Below, piece by piece: positions 16,713-27,520 of a stretch of DNA of 64,000 nucleotides. The notes below the pieces were generated by a model, which was not told the origin of the DNA, did not search any database, and was given only the letters and a program-made list of their open reading frames with translations. The DNA is from Candidatus Nomurabacteria bacterium. Its GTDB lineage: Bacteria > Patescibacteriota > Patescibacteriia > HK-STAS-PATE-3. The translations under genes and the position numbers were made by a program. The stretch covers positions 96,001 through 160,000 of the forward strand of contig CP060223.1 in assembly GCA_023898465.1 (NCBI GenBank), given 5' to 3'. The stretch's first letter is position 1, and every line of letters begins with the position of its first letter.

Positions 16713-17555
16713 ATGCGAGTATTTCAGGTATTCTTGTTTGTCCTCATGATGAGTTTCAGTTTGCCCGTAGTGGCGCAGACGAGCGCTCCTCAAGTAAATG
16801 TAAGAGTTGAATCCGCGGATTCCACCTTGTTCAATAGTTCGGTGCTGGTCGACGCCTGTACGGTGACTGATACCAGTGGAGATGTGCATGAGTATGCTGC
16901 TGGCGCAGGAGTTTGTGCAATGGTGGCAGCGGCCGATCAAGCGGGAATCAGCTACAGTTTTCAAAATTTTGATTTTGGTCTTTTGTTGGCTGCGGTGAAT
17001 GGTGTAGATAATGGAACTGATGAAAACTGGATCTATTGGGTGAATGATAAGGCGGCAACAGTTGGGATGACAGACTATGTATTGCAAGAAGGTGATGAGT
17101 TTCTATTAGCGTACGTGCCCTGGACTGCCTCACCACTTCGCTTAACGCTTGAAGAAAGTGCAACACAGGCAGGTGAAGCTATCGCGCGGGTGACTGCGTA
17201 TTCGATTGATGATGATGCTTTTCTCCCAGTCGATGGAGCAAAGGTGAAGGTAGGAGAAGTCGAGGGTGTAAGCAACGCAGCTGGTGAAGTAACCCTGCGA
17301 GCAAGTGCAGCTGGTCGCTATATGGTGCAAGCGGAAAAAGAAGGATATGTCCGCAGCACTATGCAAGATTTTCATCCAGAGGATGTTGCGACAGATGCCG
17401 AATCTGATGAAGAAGGTGTAGTGGTGCTCAGCTCAGCCGATGCTACGGCCTCAGAGTCTGATCAATTCTCTACTACGCAAAGAACCGTGCTTTGGTTAGC
17501 CGGAATCGGCGTCCTACTTGCCTTTAGTATTGGCTTTTTCCGTCGAAACGGATAA
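16713..17555 (+). CDS. Exported DUF4430-like (transcobalamin-beta-domain-like) protein with C-terminal membrane anchor
   Basis: The signal peptide is MRVFQVFLFVLMMSFSLPVVAQT. FGLLLAAVNGVDNGTDENWIYWVNDKAATVGMTDYVLQEGDEFLLAY fits the DUF4430 signature. A carboxypeptidase-regulatory-like segment and the C-terminal TM segment VLWLAGIGVLLAFSIGFF follow. Confidence 0.65.
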   Translation: MRVFQVFLFVLMMSFSLPVVAQTSAPQVNVRVESADSTLFNSSVLVDACTVTDTSGDVHEYAAGAGVCAMVAAADQAGISYSFQNFDFGLLLAAVNGVDNGTDENWIYWVNDKAATVGMTDYVLQEGDEFLLAYVPWTASPLRLTLEESATQAGEAIARVTAYSIDDDAFLPVDGAKVKVGEVEGVSNAAGEVTLRASAAGRYMVQAEKEGYVRSTMQDFHPEDVATDAESDEEGVVVLSSADATASESDQFSTTQRTVLWLAGIGVLLAFSIGFFRRNG

Positions 17556-17600
17556 GGGTTTGGTCAGGGCAGTATCAACTTGATATACTGATACTGCCCT

Positions 17601-18599
17601 ATGACCACCTTATCAAAAAACGAACAGGGGATACTCGCCACCTTGGCATATTTTGATGTATTTGATTATCCTTTGCGTGAAGAGGAAATACTGCGCTGGT
17701 TTTACGTCACCTCTCCAAGCGAGCATTGGGAAAAGTCGACCGTCCAAGAAACCCTACGACACAGTCAGGCTTTGTCCGAGTATATTGAGCAGCGTGAGGG
17801 TTGGTATACCTTAAAACATCGAGGTCAGCTCATTGAACGTCGAGTTCAGCGAAGGAGGATAAGTATGCGAAAATGGCGAATCGCTCGTTTTGCTACTCGC
17901 TTGCTTCGGGTTATTCCTTTTATTCGCATGGTGGCGGTTTGCAACACGCTGGCTTTAAATAATGCCAGAGAAGAGAGTGACATTGATTTTTTCATTATTG
18001 CGCGTCAGGGTCGTATGTGGACCATGCGTTTCCTCACAACGACCCTGCTTGATTTTGCTCGCATACGGCGCAAGGGCGCGGCGATTAAGGATAAAATTTG
18101 TCTGAGTTTCTATGTAACTGACGCGGCTATGAATTTGGAGCCTTTGCGTTTGCAGCCGGTTGACCCGCACTTTGTGTATTGGGCTGATCAGTTTGTCCTG
18201 TTGTATGACACTGCCGCAGTGTTTCAGGACTACCAGCAGGCGAATGTCTGGGGCAAGCAATATTTGCCCTTTGCCTTTTCTCAGTCTTCCCAGCCACAGA
18301 TACGAGATACCTTATTGACCAGCATGATGAAGCAAAGCGCGGAGTGGATTTTAGGTGGGCGTATTGGCGATTGGTTTGAGAAGTTCTTCCGTCGCATTCA
18401 GCTGCGCAAGATGGATCGGAATGTGCATAGCCGAGCATGGGAGAATGACAGTCAGGTGATTATCTCTGACAACATCCTCAAATTTCATGAGCAAGATCGA
18501 CGCGAAGAATATCGCCGTCTTTTTGAAGGCCGCTTATGGGAAATTTTGCGCAAGCCACGACCCGTAGTAGGGGAAGAGCATAGACCGCCTTTGGAGTGA
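17601..18599 (+). CDS. Hypothetical protein (332 aa)
   Basis: This is a long ORF. ESDIDFFIIARQG is reminiscent of a nucleotidyltransferase-fold motif, but I do not recognise the family. Confidence 0.55.
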   Translation: MTTLSKNEQGILATLAYFDVFDYPLREEEILRWFYVTSPSEHWEKSTVQETLRHSQALSEYIEQREGWYTLKHRGQLIERRVQRRRISMRKWRIARFATRLLRVIPFIRMVAVCNTLALNNAREESDIDFFIIARQGRMWTMRFLTTTLLDFARIRRKGAAIKDKICLSFYVTDAAMNLEPLRLQPVDPHFVYWADQFVLLYDTAAVFQDYQQANVWGKQYLPFAFSQSSQPQIRDTLLTSMMKQSAEWILGGRIGDWFEKFFRRIQLRKMDRNVHSRAWENDSQVIISDNILKFHEQDRREEYRRLFEGRLWEILRKPRPVVGEEHRPPLE

Positions 18600-18619
18600 G
18601 TTTTCAATTATCTCTTAAC

Positions 18620-18648
18620 TTGACAGGGATTTTGCTTTTTCTTATACT
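18620..18648 (+). promoter_or_regulatory. groESL promoter (TTGACA-17-TATACT)
   Basis: This is a near-consensus sigma70 promoter directly upstream of CIRCE. Confidence 0.75.
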
Positions 18649-18661
18649 GCGAACGCAGTAT

Positions 18662-18688
18662 TTAGCACTCTATAAATTTGAGTGCTAA
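18662..18688 (+). promoter_or_regulatory. CIRCE operator (HrcA binding site)
   Basis: TTAGCACTC-N9-GAGTGCTAA is a perfect match to the CIRCE inverted repeat. It lies upstream of groES. Confidence 0.9.
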
Positions 18689-18734
18689 TTTACTCCCTTA
18701 GATACTTATCTCATTAGTAATACCGTAATCTACT

Positions 18735-19010
18735 ATGCAATTACGTCCTCTCGGAGATCGGATTGTAGTGAAGCCTTCCACCGAGGAAGAAGTCACTAAG
18801 TCCGGTATTGTCTTACCTGACACTGTTGAAAAAGAAAAAAAGGAGCAAGGTGAAATCGTTGCCATTGGCAGCGGTGAAAAAATTCAAAAGCTCGGCCTCA
18901 AAGTTGGTGATATGGTCGTCTTTGGTAAATATGCCGGAGATGAATTCGAGCATGAAGATGTCGAATACAAAATCCTCAAGGAAGAGGATGTCTTAGCCGT
19001 ACTAGAATAA
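18735..19010 (+). CDS. groES: Co-chaperonin GroES
   Basis: MQLRPLGDRIVVKP... gives a 91-aa protein immediately upstream of groEL. Confidence 0.95.
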   Translation: MQLRPLGDRIVVKPSTEEEVTKSGIVLPDTVEKEKKEQGEIVAIGSGEKIQKLGLKVGDMVVFGKYAGDEFEHEDVEYKILKEEDVLAVLE

Positions 19011-20678
<1,668 letters not shown>

Positions 20679-20703
20679 TTTTGCTCTGACGAATTGAATA
20701 GAC

Positions 20704-20740
20704 ATAGGCGAGGATGATCATCCTCGCCTATGTTGTATTT
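20704..20740 (+). terminator. Putative terminator after groEL
   Basis: There is a perfect 14-nt palindrome, ATAGGCGAGGATGA/TCATCCTCGCCTAT. The downstream T-tract (GTTGTATTT) is weak. Confidence 0.55.
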
Positions 20741-20786
20741 ACTCCTTCAAGCACTTCACGCTATACTGCAAGTGAAGCGGGGAAGT

Positions 20787-21266
20787 ATGGAACAAGCAAC
20801 ATCACAAAATACATCCGAGCAAGAAGTCTACGTAGCTGGTCTACGTTTGAGTGATTATTGGCGTATGGCTAGATGGCCAGTAGCCGCCGCAACGCTTGTG
20901 AACGCGGCGCTTCTCGCTGCCCAGCAGCCCTGGCCTTATCTCTGGGGAATAAATGTCCTAAGCTTTCTAGGTTTAGCCTATTGGCTGCAGCTAAAAAAGC
21001 GTCTTACTTTTGGCAGCGCCAGTGCGATGGGAATTGTCGCTGGTCTCAGTTTAGGTTTCTTTGTTGCGATATTCCGCTTAGTGATTGAGCGACACGCCTA
21101 CCTCTTCTTCAATCTGATTACCGAGCCGCTACTCACCGCGGCTGGCGGCTTTCTTTTTTCTACGCTACTCTATAGTCTCTTACATCGGAAGCCAAAAAAA
21201 CCGGCCACCGATGTCAAAATGCGAAAGGAGGTGAAAACGAATGAGCGAACCAATGACCAAGAATAA
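20787..21266 (+). CDS. Membrane protein (159 aa)
   Basis: I moved the start to ATG 20787 because the upstream part of the ORF overlaps the groEL terminator. There are four hydrophobic segments. Confidence 0.5.
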   Translation: MEQATSQNTSEQEVYVAGLRLSDYWRMARWPVAAATLVNAALLAAQQPWPYLWGINVLSFLGLAYWLQLKKRLTFGSASAMGIVAGLSLGFFVAIFRLVIERHAYLFFNLITEPLLTAAGGFLFSTLLYSLLHRKPKKPATDVKMRKEVKTNERTNDQE

Positions 21267-21540
21267 TAATGACGACCGACTGCTTGCTTTAGCTTCGTAT
21301 GTTTGGATACTCAGCGTGTTGATCTTATTGTTGAAGAAGGACAGTGACTTTGTACGTTTTCATGCGCGACAGGGTTTTGTTCTCTTTATTATCTCAGTAA
21401 TCTGCTCCATCTTGGCAATTTTCTGGTGGGTGAATCTTATTGTCGCCGTGATGGCGTTAATAGGTATGTACAAGGCCTACCAAGGCGAGAAATGGAAAAT
21501 GCCTTTAGTTGGCATGTTAGCAGAAAAAATAAATTTCTAA
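21241..21540 (+). CDS. DUF4870-like small membrane protein
   Basis: DRLLALASYVWILSVLILLLKKDSDFVRFHARQGFVLFI fits the DUF4870 pattern. Confidence 0.55.
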   Translation: MSEPMTKNNNDDRLLALASYVWILSVLILLLKKDSDFVRFHARQGFVLFIISVICSILAIFWWVNLIVAVMALIGMYKAYQGEKWKMPLVGMLAEKINF

Positions 21541-21687
21541 CCCAAGCTTTATCAAGGCAATCAGCGTCCTTATCGATTCTCTGTGTGCGTAGAATCGTTC
21601 GGGGCGCTTTGGGTTTGACTCCGTTGTTGCTCAAGCGATTTTCGCGTATACTAAGCATGTTTCTACTATTGAGATTATTAGGGGACT

Positions 21688-24099
21688 ATGGCACAACGCG
21701 CAAAAGAACACATCCTTTGGTTCAACCAGGTAAGTAATAAGGACGTAGGATTAGTTGGAGGCAAGAATGCAAGCTTGGGTGAAATGTATCGTCGTTTAAC
21801 CAAGAAGGGCGTGTATGTGCCAAATGGCTTCGCTATCACGGCTGAGGCCTACCAGCATTTTATTACCAAGGGCGGCATTAAGAAGGAAATTCGCCGCATT
21901 TTAAAGACCCTCAATACGCGAGATACTCGTAACTTGATGGCGCACGGTGAAAAAGTGCGTGCACTGTTACTAAAGACTCCAATGCCAGCTGACCTGGAGG
22001 AGGAGATTAAGCTAGCCTATGACAAGCTTTCGAAGGAGTTTGGGACGGCTAACGTGGATGTCGCCGTCCGTTCGTCGGCAACAGCTGAGGATTTGCCTGA
22101 TGCTTCTTTCGCTGGCCAACAAGAGACCTATTTGAATATTCGAGGTCATGAGGCTTTACTCGATGCCTGCCGCAAAGGTTTTGCCTCACTCTTCACTAAC
22201 CGTGCAATTTCTTATCGCGAAGATAAGGGCTTTGATCACTTCAAAATCTCCCTTTCCCTTGGCGTGCAAAAGATGGTCCGATCTGACTTGTCATCCTCTG
22301 GTGTGATGTTCTCGATTGATACCGAGTCTGGTTTCCGCGATGCTGTATTGGTCAGCGGTTCCTACGGTCTAGGTGAAAACATTGTCCAGGGCGCTGTGAC
22401 GCCAGATGAGTGGTATGTATTTAAGCCAACCCTAGCTCAAGGCTATCAGGCGATTATCTCCCGCAAGTTGGGCGATAAGAAGATTAAAATGATCTACACA
22501 AAGGATTTGAAAAATCCAACTAAGAATGTTCCTGTTCCAACGGTAGATCGTCCAAAATATTGTTTAACAGATAAAGAAGTCACGCAGTTGGCAAAGTGGG
22601 CCGTGCTCATTGAAAAGCACTATAAGAAGCCAATGGATATGGAGTGGGCTAAGGATGGTCAGACTGGTCAGCTCTATATTGTGCAGGCTCGACCGGAAAC
22701 GGTTATGAGTCAGCGTGATACCAGCGTGCTTGAGGAATACAGCATTGGCAAGCGTGGCCGTGTCCTAAGCGAAGGTACGAGCGTCGGCAGTAAGATCGGC
22801 GTGGGTAAAGTACGAGTCATTAAGGATGTTTCCCAAATTCACAGCTTCAAAGCCGGCGAGGTTTTGGTAACGCGCATGACAGATCCGGACTGGGAACCAA
22901 TTATGAAAATCGCCAGCGCGATTGTTACTGAAGAGGGTGGACGCACTTCGCACGCGGCAATTGTTTCTCGTGAGTTAGGTTTACCAGCTGTGGTTGGTAC
23001 AGGAAACGCCACCAAGAAGCTGAAGACCGGCCAAATGGTCACGATAAGCTGTGCGGAAGGTGAGCGTGGATATATTTACGCTGGCAAGCTTCCTTTCACG
23101 GTGAATACAACCAATTTGAAGAATCTCAAAAAGCCAAAGACCAAGATACAAATTATCTTTGGTACGCCGGAATTCGCCTTCCAGACCTCGCAGATTCCAA
23201 ACGATGGCGTGGGGTTGGCTCGTGAAGAAGTAATCACTGCTTCACACATTCAGGTCCACCCGCTTGCTTTGATTCACTTTGCGAAATTGAAGGACCAAGA
23301 GGCAAAGAAGAAAATTGAAGCGCTGACCGTAGGCTACGACAACAAGAAGCAATACTACGTTGATACTTTGGCGCAAGGTATTGCCATGATTGCGGCAGCC
23401 TTTTATCCCAAAGAAGTTATTCTACGTTTGGCTGACTTCCGATCAAACGAATATGCTGAGTTAATCGGTGGGCATGAATTTGAGCCGGAGGAGCGTAACC
23501 CGATGATTGGTTGGCGCGGCGCTTCCCGCTACTATGATCCAAAATACCGACCAGCCTTTGATCTGGAGTGTAAGGCAATTAAAAAAGTGCGTGATGAGAT
23601 GGGTCTGAAAAACCTCAAGATCATGGTGCCGTTCTGCCGTACCGTAGAAGAGGGTAAAAAGGTTATCGCTATTTTGAAGGAGAATGGCCTGGTCCAGCAC
23701 AAAGATGGTTTGGAAATCTTCGTCATGTGTGAAATTCCTTCCAACGTTGTTTTAGCTGATAAGTTTGCTGATATCTTTGATGGCTTCTCCATTGGTTCGA
23801 ACGACCTGACGCAGTTAACTCTAGGACTCGACCGTGACTCCGCCCTGATTGCGCACGTGGGGAATGAAAACAACGAGGCAGTGCATCGACTCCTCGCTCA
23901 GGTGATTGAAGTAGCGAAGCGCCGTAAGAAAAAGATCGGTATTTGCGGACAAGGTCCATCAGACTATCCGCAGCTAGCTCGCTTCCTGGTTGAGCAAGGT
24001 ATTGATGCGCTCTCGATTAACCCTGATACGGTTTTGAAGACCATGGTTGATATAACAAAGTTTGAGAAGCGCAAACGCGGGAAGCGCCGTAAGAAGTAA
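21688..24099 (+). CDS. ppsA: Phosphoenolpyruvate synthase
   Basis: The protein is 803 aa. It has an ATP-grasp N-domain, the phosphohistidine motif GGRTSHAAIVSRELGLPAVVG, and a PEP-utilising C-terminal TIM domain. Confidence 0.9.
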   Translation: MAQRAKEHILWFNQVSNKDVGLVGGKNASLGEMYRRLTKKGVYVPNGFAITAEAYQHFITKGGIKKEIRRILKTLNTRDTRNLMAHGEKVRALLLKTPMPADLEEEIKLAYDKLSKEFGTANVDVAVRSSATAEDLPDASFAGQQETYLNIRGHEALLDACRKGFASLFTNRAISYREDKGFDHFKISLSLGVQKMVRSDLSSSGVMFSIDTESGFRDAVLVSGSYGLGENIVQGAVTPDEWYVFKPTLAQGYQAIISRKLGDKKIKMIYTKDLKNPTKNVPVPTVDRPKYCLTDKEVTQLAKWAVLIEKHYKKPMDMEWAKDGQTGQLYIVQARPETVMSQRDTSVLEEYSIGKRGRVLSEGTSVGSKIGVGKVRVIKDVSQIHSFKAGEVLVTRMTDPDWEPIMKIASAIVTEEGGRTSHAAIVSRELGLPAVVGTGNATKKLKTGQMVTISCAEGERGYIYAGKLPFTVNTTNLKNLKKPKTKIQIIFGTPEFAFQTSQIPNDGVGLAREEVITASHIQVHPLALIHFAKLKDQEAKKKIEALTVGYDNKKQYYVDTLAQGIAMIAAAFYPKEVILRLADFRSNEYAELIGGHEFEPEERNPMIGWRGASRYYDPKYRPAFDLECKAIKKVRDEMGLKNLKIMVPFCRTVEEGKKVIAILKENGLVQHKDGLEIFVMCEIPSNVVLADKFADIFDGFSIGSNDLTQLTLGLDRDSALIAHVGNENNEAVHRLLAQVIEVAKRRKKKIGICGQGPSDYPQLARFLVEQGIDALSINPDTVLKTMVDITKFEKRKRGKRRKK

Positions 24100-24104
24100 G
24101 GGTT

Positions 24105-24809
24105 ATGCCAACTCAATCTGAACATATTCATGAGCGATACGGGGATGACTCGTATCGCTCAGTGGAATTACGAAACCCGGAAGAACTTCGAGAGTTTGCA
24201 TTAGCATTTCGTCAGTACTACGGTAAGTCTATAGCGGATGTGACACAGGAAGAGAAAGAGGTAGATGCTTTGACTGAGCGTTTACTTGAGCAGCAAAAGG
24301 ATTCGGCGGCGAGTGTGCGTTTCTATGGTATGCGATACGGCACGAAGTTGGTTGCTACTGGACGCTTAAAAGTGAGCACTGATCCAAGTACTGGAGAGCG
24401 AGTTGCTTTACTTTCGCATTTGTCAGTTGATCCAGATCATCGTGGCAAAAAAATAAGCACTCGATTAAGTGTTGAACGTATTGCAGAAGCGCAGCACCTA
24501 GGGGCAAGTCGTATCCTGGCTCATGTAGCGCAGCATAATGTTGCCTCACTAAGCTTGAAGCTGCGTGAAGGATTTCAGGTGACCGGATTTGTCTATTATG
24601 ATGCAGCGAAGCAGCACGGTCGTTTTGAGCTATCGCAAAACCTTCCCAGCAATAAGGCCGGCTCAGTTTCATTTGAACAACGTGAAGTGTTGCTGAGCGA
24701 CACAAAAACGCTTGATGAGCTATTACACTCGGACTGGGTGGGGATTGCGCTTAGGGGCACTAGAGAGGAACCAAGCCTGGAGATTCGCAAACATCTCTCT
24801 TCCCAATAG
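24105..24809 (+). CDS. GNAT-family acetyltransferase-like protein
   Basis: LSHLSVDPDHRGKKISTRLSVERIAEAQHLGASRI resembles GNAT motif A. Confidence 0.55.
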   Translation: MPTQSEHIHERYGDDSYRSVELRNPEELREFALAFRQYYGKSIADVTQEEKEVDALTERLLEQQKDSAASVRFYGMRYGTKLVATGRLKVSTDPSTGERVALLSHLSVDPDHRGKKISTRLSVERIAEAQHLGASRILAHVAQHNVASLSLKLREGFQVTGFVYYDAAKQHGRFELSQNLPSNKAGSVSFEQREVLLSDTKTLDELLHSDWVGIALRGTREEPSLEIRKHLSSQ

Positions 24810-24812
24810 ATA

Positions 24813-24902
24813 TGGCGGAGAGGGGGAGATTCGAACTCCCGAAGGGCTTTCACCCTTACTTGCTTTCCAAGCAAGCGCACTAGGCCACTATGCGACCTCT
24901 CC
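24813..24902 (-). tRNA. tRNA-Ser(GGA)
   Basis: Read on the minus strand: GGAGAGGTCGCATAGTGGCCTAGTGCGCTTGCTTGGAAAGCAAGTAAGGGTGAAAGCCCTTCGGGAGTTCGAATCTCCCCCTCTCCGCCA. It has a long variable arm, anticodon loop TTGGAAA and an encoded CCA. Confidence 0.95.
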
Positions 24903-25168
24903 ACGAATTATTTTTTTCTTATCGTGCCGTTCAGTAAGGCGTGAAATTGCACACCGCCTTTGTATTTCTTTATTCTTAACTCTGCTTTTCGTGCCTCGCT
25001 CCTTGTTCCATACTTTTCCGCATATATTATTTCCAGGGAACTCCAGACTTCGTTGATCGAACACGAGACGCATTGTGCTCAATTATTCTTGTGGATATAT
25101 TTTCACAATGGCCTATATAATACCTTCCTGTTTTTTCGCTTTGTAGAATATATGTTATAAACATACAT

Positions 25169-25242
25169 TTTGCTTTCTGCCGCGGAGCGGCATCCCGCCC
25201 CGCGGGACAAGCAAGCGCACTAGGCCACTATGCGACCTCTCC
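25169..25242 (-). pseudogene. tRNA-Ser(GGA) 5'-half fragment interrupted in the anticodon by a 30-nt GC-rich palindromic insert
   Basis: 25208-25242 is identical (35 nt) to 24868-24902, tRNA positions 1 to the first anticodon base. Next comes TCCCGCGGGGCGGGATGCCGCTCCGCGGCA (25178-25207). Then GAAAGCAAA (25169-25177) compares with GAAAGCAAG in the intact gene. There is no variable arm, T arm or 3' acceptor. Confidence 0.8.
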
Positions 25243-25267
25243 AGGTTGCGTGATTTGTAACGGGACA

Positions 25268-25296
25268 ATCCTAGCGAAAAATTACCTATTTGGCAA
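25268..25296 (-). promoter_or_regulatory. Candidate promoter (TTGCCA-17-TAGGAT) upstream of the tRNA-Ser fragment
   Basis: On the minus strand, TTGCCA and TAGGAT are separated by a 17-nt spacer. The -10 element ends 25 nt before the fragment's 5' end. Confidence 0.4.
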
Positions 25297-25346
25297 GGCG
25301 AAAATACAGAGTAAAATTCGACAAACAGGTCCCGCTCGGCTAGGAT

Positions 25347-25922
25347 ATGGATATGCGCGTAGAAGCAAGTCCAGAAACCCAGGTAGTAAAAAAGAAAAAA
25401 GGGAGCTGGCGGAAACTCGTCCTTTCGCTCTTTGTGTTGACCGCTCTAGTAGTAATCGTGCAGCAAGCTTTTGACACTTCCACATCCTCAAGCGAAACAG
25501 ACACTCAGGAGCAAAACGTCTTAGGTGAGAGTACGAGTCAACCCGAAAATACTGTTCGAGTACGTTTGAGTGAGGAAGAATTGAATAACCGTTTACAAGA
25601 ACAGATTGGACAGAGTAGTCAGGGAAATACTTTAGCTGATGCACATATAGAGATCCAAGACAGCCTCGGCATTTTACGTATGCGCTGGGAGGGAGGACAA
25701 ACTCTCGAAGCGCAAATTGTGGTAGGTGATTCTCAAAAGGAATTAGTTGTACGTAATGCGAGAGTTGAGGGTGCCGGAATTCTCAATAGCGTTTTTGAAA
25801 CGCTGGCCAAAAGTACGATTGATCAAGCATTGAAGATTATTACCAATAAGCAGGGAGATCGATTGGTTTCTCTGGCGATGGTGGATGGTGCACTTCACGC
25901 GTATTATCGCTTAGCACAATAA
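25347..25922 (+). CDS. Membrane-anchored hypothetical protein
   Basis: The protein is 191 aa with the N-terminal TM segment LVLSLFVLTALVVIV. I do not recognise the family. Confidence 0.5.
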   Translation: MDMRVEASPETQVVKKKKGSWRKLVLSLFVLTALVVIVQQAFDTSTSSSETDTQEQNVLGESTSQPENTVRVRLSEEELNNRLQEQIGQSSQGNTLADAHIEIQDSLGILRMRWEGGQTLEAQIVVGDSQKELVVRNARVEGAGILNSVFETLAKSTIDQALKIITNKQGDRLVSLAMVDGALHAYYRLAQ

Positions 25923-26185
25923 TGCCTCGCACATTGCCGAAGGACGTGTTGCTAGAAATCCCCGGTGTAGGAAAAAGTATTGCAAAGGATTTACACGAAT
26001 TAAACATCCATAAGGTAGAAGATTTGCGCCGGCAAAACCCGGAACAACTTTATGAAAACCTGCAGCGTCAGCAAGGAGCGCCAATTGATCGTTGTATACT
26101 CTATGTATTTCGTTGTGCAGTGTATTACGCGAGTCATACTCGTCACGATGTAGAAAAATTGAAATGGTGGAATTGGAAAGATTAA
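25922..26185 (+). CDS. Helix-hairpin-helix domain protein (Cdd1/pathogenicity-locus-like)
   Basis: LLEIPGVGKSIAKDLHELNIHKVEDLRRQNPEQLYENL fits an HhH motif. The protein is 87 aa. Confidence 0.45.
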   Translation: MPRTLPKDVLLEIPGVGKSIAKDLHELNIHKVEDLRRQNPEQLYENLQRQQGAPIDRCILYVFRCAVYYASHTRHDVEKLKWWNWKD

Positions 26186-26189
26186 AAAT

Positions 26190-27395
26190 ATGTGGAAGCA
26201 TTCATTTATAGTTATCCTTACCTGCCTCTTCTTCCTTTTCGGTGTAGGTTTTGCAATACAAACTTCTACCTTTAACGCCCCAGATGAGCGAGGGCATTAT
26301 TTATATGTGCAATACGTGCATGAGACCGGGTTATTGCCGGTGCTCTCGGCTGATTCACCAAATAAGGAGGCGCATCAACCACCCTTGTACTATTGGCTGA
26401 GTCAGCCAGTCTTTTCTTTGACCCAGCATTGGTCAGAGCGGGCGCAGGTACTAGCACTTCGTTTTTGGTCGCTTATACTCAGTAGTGGTGTGGTCTTGCT
26501 GACCTATGCGGCAATTCGCCGACTCCTCCCAACCCGTCGACTCCTTGCCTACCTCGCCACGGTTTTTGTGGCCCTAAATCCTCAGTTTCTTTTCATGAGC
26601 AGCGTGATTAATAATGATGCGCTCACAAATCTTCTGGGTGCAGCATGGGTCTTTGCCATTGTTTTTCTTTTTACGCGACAAAGTGTTTTATTAAAAAAAT
26701 CTACCAATGTTTGGATGGTGCTTTTAGCTGCGGCAATGTTTCTCACAAAAGCATCACTCTGGCCATTAGTCGCGCTTCTTGGTCTTGTGCATTTTTTCCG
26801 AGTGCCCATCTCAGAGCGTAAACGTGTAGCGTTGTATTGGATACCCGCCCTTCTGATTATGCTTTGGTGGCTGACTCGAAATACTCTTATCTACGGTGAT
26901 CCGACGGTACATCAAGTGCAGCATGATTTGTGGTATGCTGAGCAGCATCGAAATTTTCTTAGCCCTTCAGGTGTATGGCAGTGGCTAGTTACCCTGGTTG
27001 AAAGTTTTTGGGCGAGATTTGCCTATTTTAATATTGCCCTGCCTGGGATTTTTTATCTTTTTATCAAGCTAGGTCTCATGATGGGGGCGATTGGTTTTCT
27101 GCGCTACACCTTCCAGCATTGGAGTGAAAAATGGCAGCCTCGAATGCAAGCGATCTGGATACTTTGTTTGGGCGCGCTGAGTGTTTTTGTCGGTGTGTTC
27201 TGGTATAGCTTGAGTTTTTATCAGCCACAAGGGCGTTATCTCTTTGCTGTCCTGCCCGTTTTTAGTGCGCTGCTTAGTCTGGGTCTCCTGGTATGGTTGC
27301 CAAAAAAACTTCAATGGTTAGTATTTGCTCTTATCGTTGTTGCTCTCGTCCTGGCTGATGTGAAGAGCTATGCATTGCTCAGTAAGTACGGATAA
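26190..27395 (+). CDS. GT-C-fold glycosyltransferase-like polytopic membrane protein (ArnT/PMT-like)
   Basis: There are many TM helices and an N-terminal loop motif (APDERGHY...HQPPLYYW) typical of the GT39/83 families. Confidence 0.55.
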   Translation: MWKHSFIVILTCLFFLFGVGFAIQTSTFNAPDERGHYLYVQYVHETGLLPVLSADSPNKEAHQPPLYYWLSQPVFSLTQHWSERAQVLALRFWSLILSSGVVLLTYAAIRRLLPTRRLLAYLATVFVALNPQFLFMSSVINNDALTNLLGAAWVFAIVFLFTRQSVLLKKSTNVWMVLLAAAMFLTKASLWPLVALLGLVHFFRVPISERKRVALYWIPALLIMLWWLTRNTLIYGDPTVHQVQHDLWYAEQHRNFLSPSGVWQWLVTLVESFWARFAYFNIALPGIFYLFIKLGLMMGAIGFLRYTFQHWSEKWQPRMQAIWILCLGALSVFVGVFWYSLSFYQPQGRYLFAVLPVFSALLSLGLLVWLPKKLQWLVFALIVVALVLADVKSYALLSKYG

Positions 27396-27423
27396 ACTTC
27401 GAAACCTCAATACCGAAATACTA

Positions 27424-27520
27424 AGCAAATTCTAAATAAGAACTTCAAAATACGCCAAATTACTTTGGGAAGCATGTTTAGATATAGTTTTTGTTTCGAG
27501 ATTCGAACTTAGAATTTAGG
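27424..27520. repeat. AT-rich intergenic element with 9-bp terminal inverted repeat (copy 1)
   Basis: AAATTCTAA (27427-27435) pairs with TTAGAATTT (27509-27517). The element shares AAATAAGAAcTTcAAAAtacg and TTTGTTT..GA.TTCGA words with 48961-49055. It lies between convergent genes. Confidence 0.35.

Noticed and set aside
16519-16749. A 76-aa plus-strand ORF upstream of the DUF4430-like gene.
   Set aside because: It coincides with the cobalamin riboswitch aptamer and terminator. It has no RBS, and the peptide looks implausible.
24903-25242. Whether the tRNA-Ser fragment plus downstream DNA is an intron-containing (group I or BHB) or split tRNA gene.
   Set aside because: The downstream tRNA (24813-24902) is complete on its own. 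The fragment has no matching 3' exon (no T arm or acceptor strand). The ~305-bp interval is AT-rich, with no group I core elements that I could recognise.
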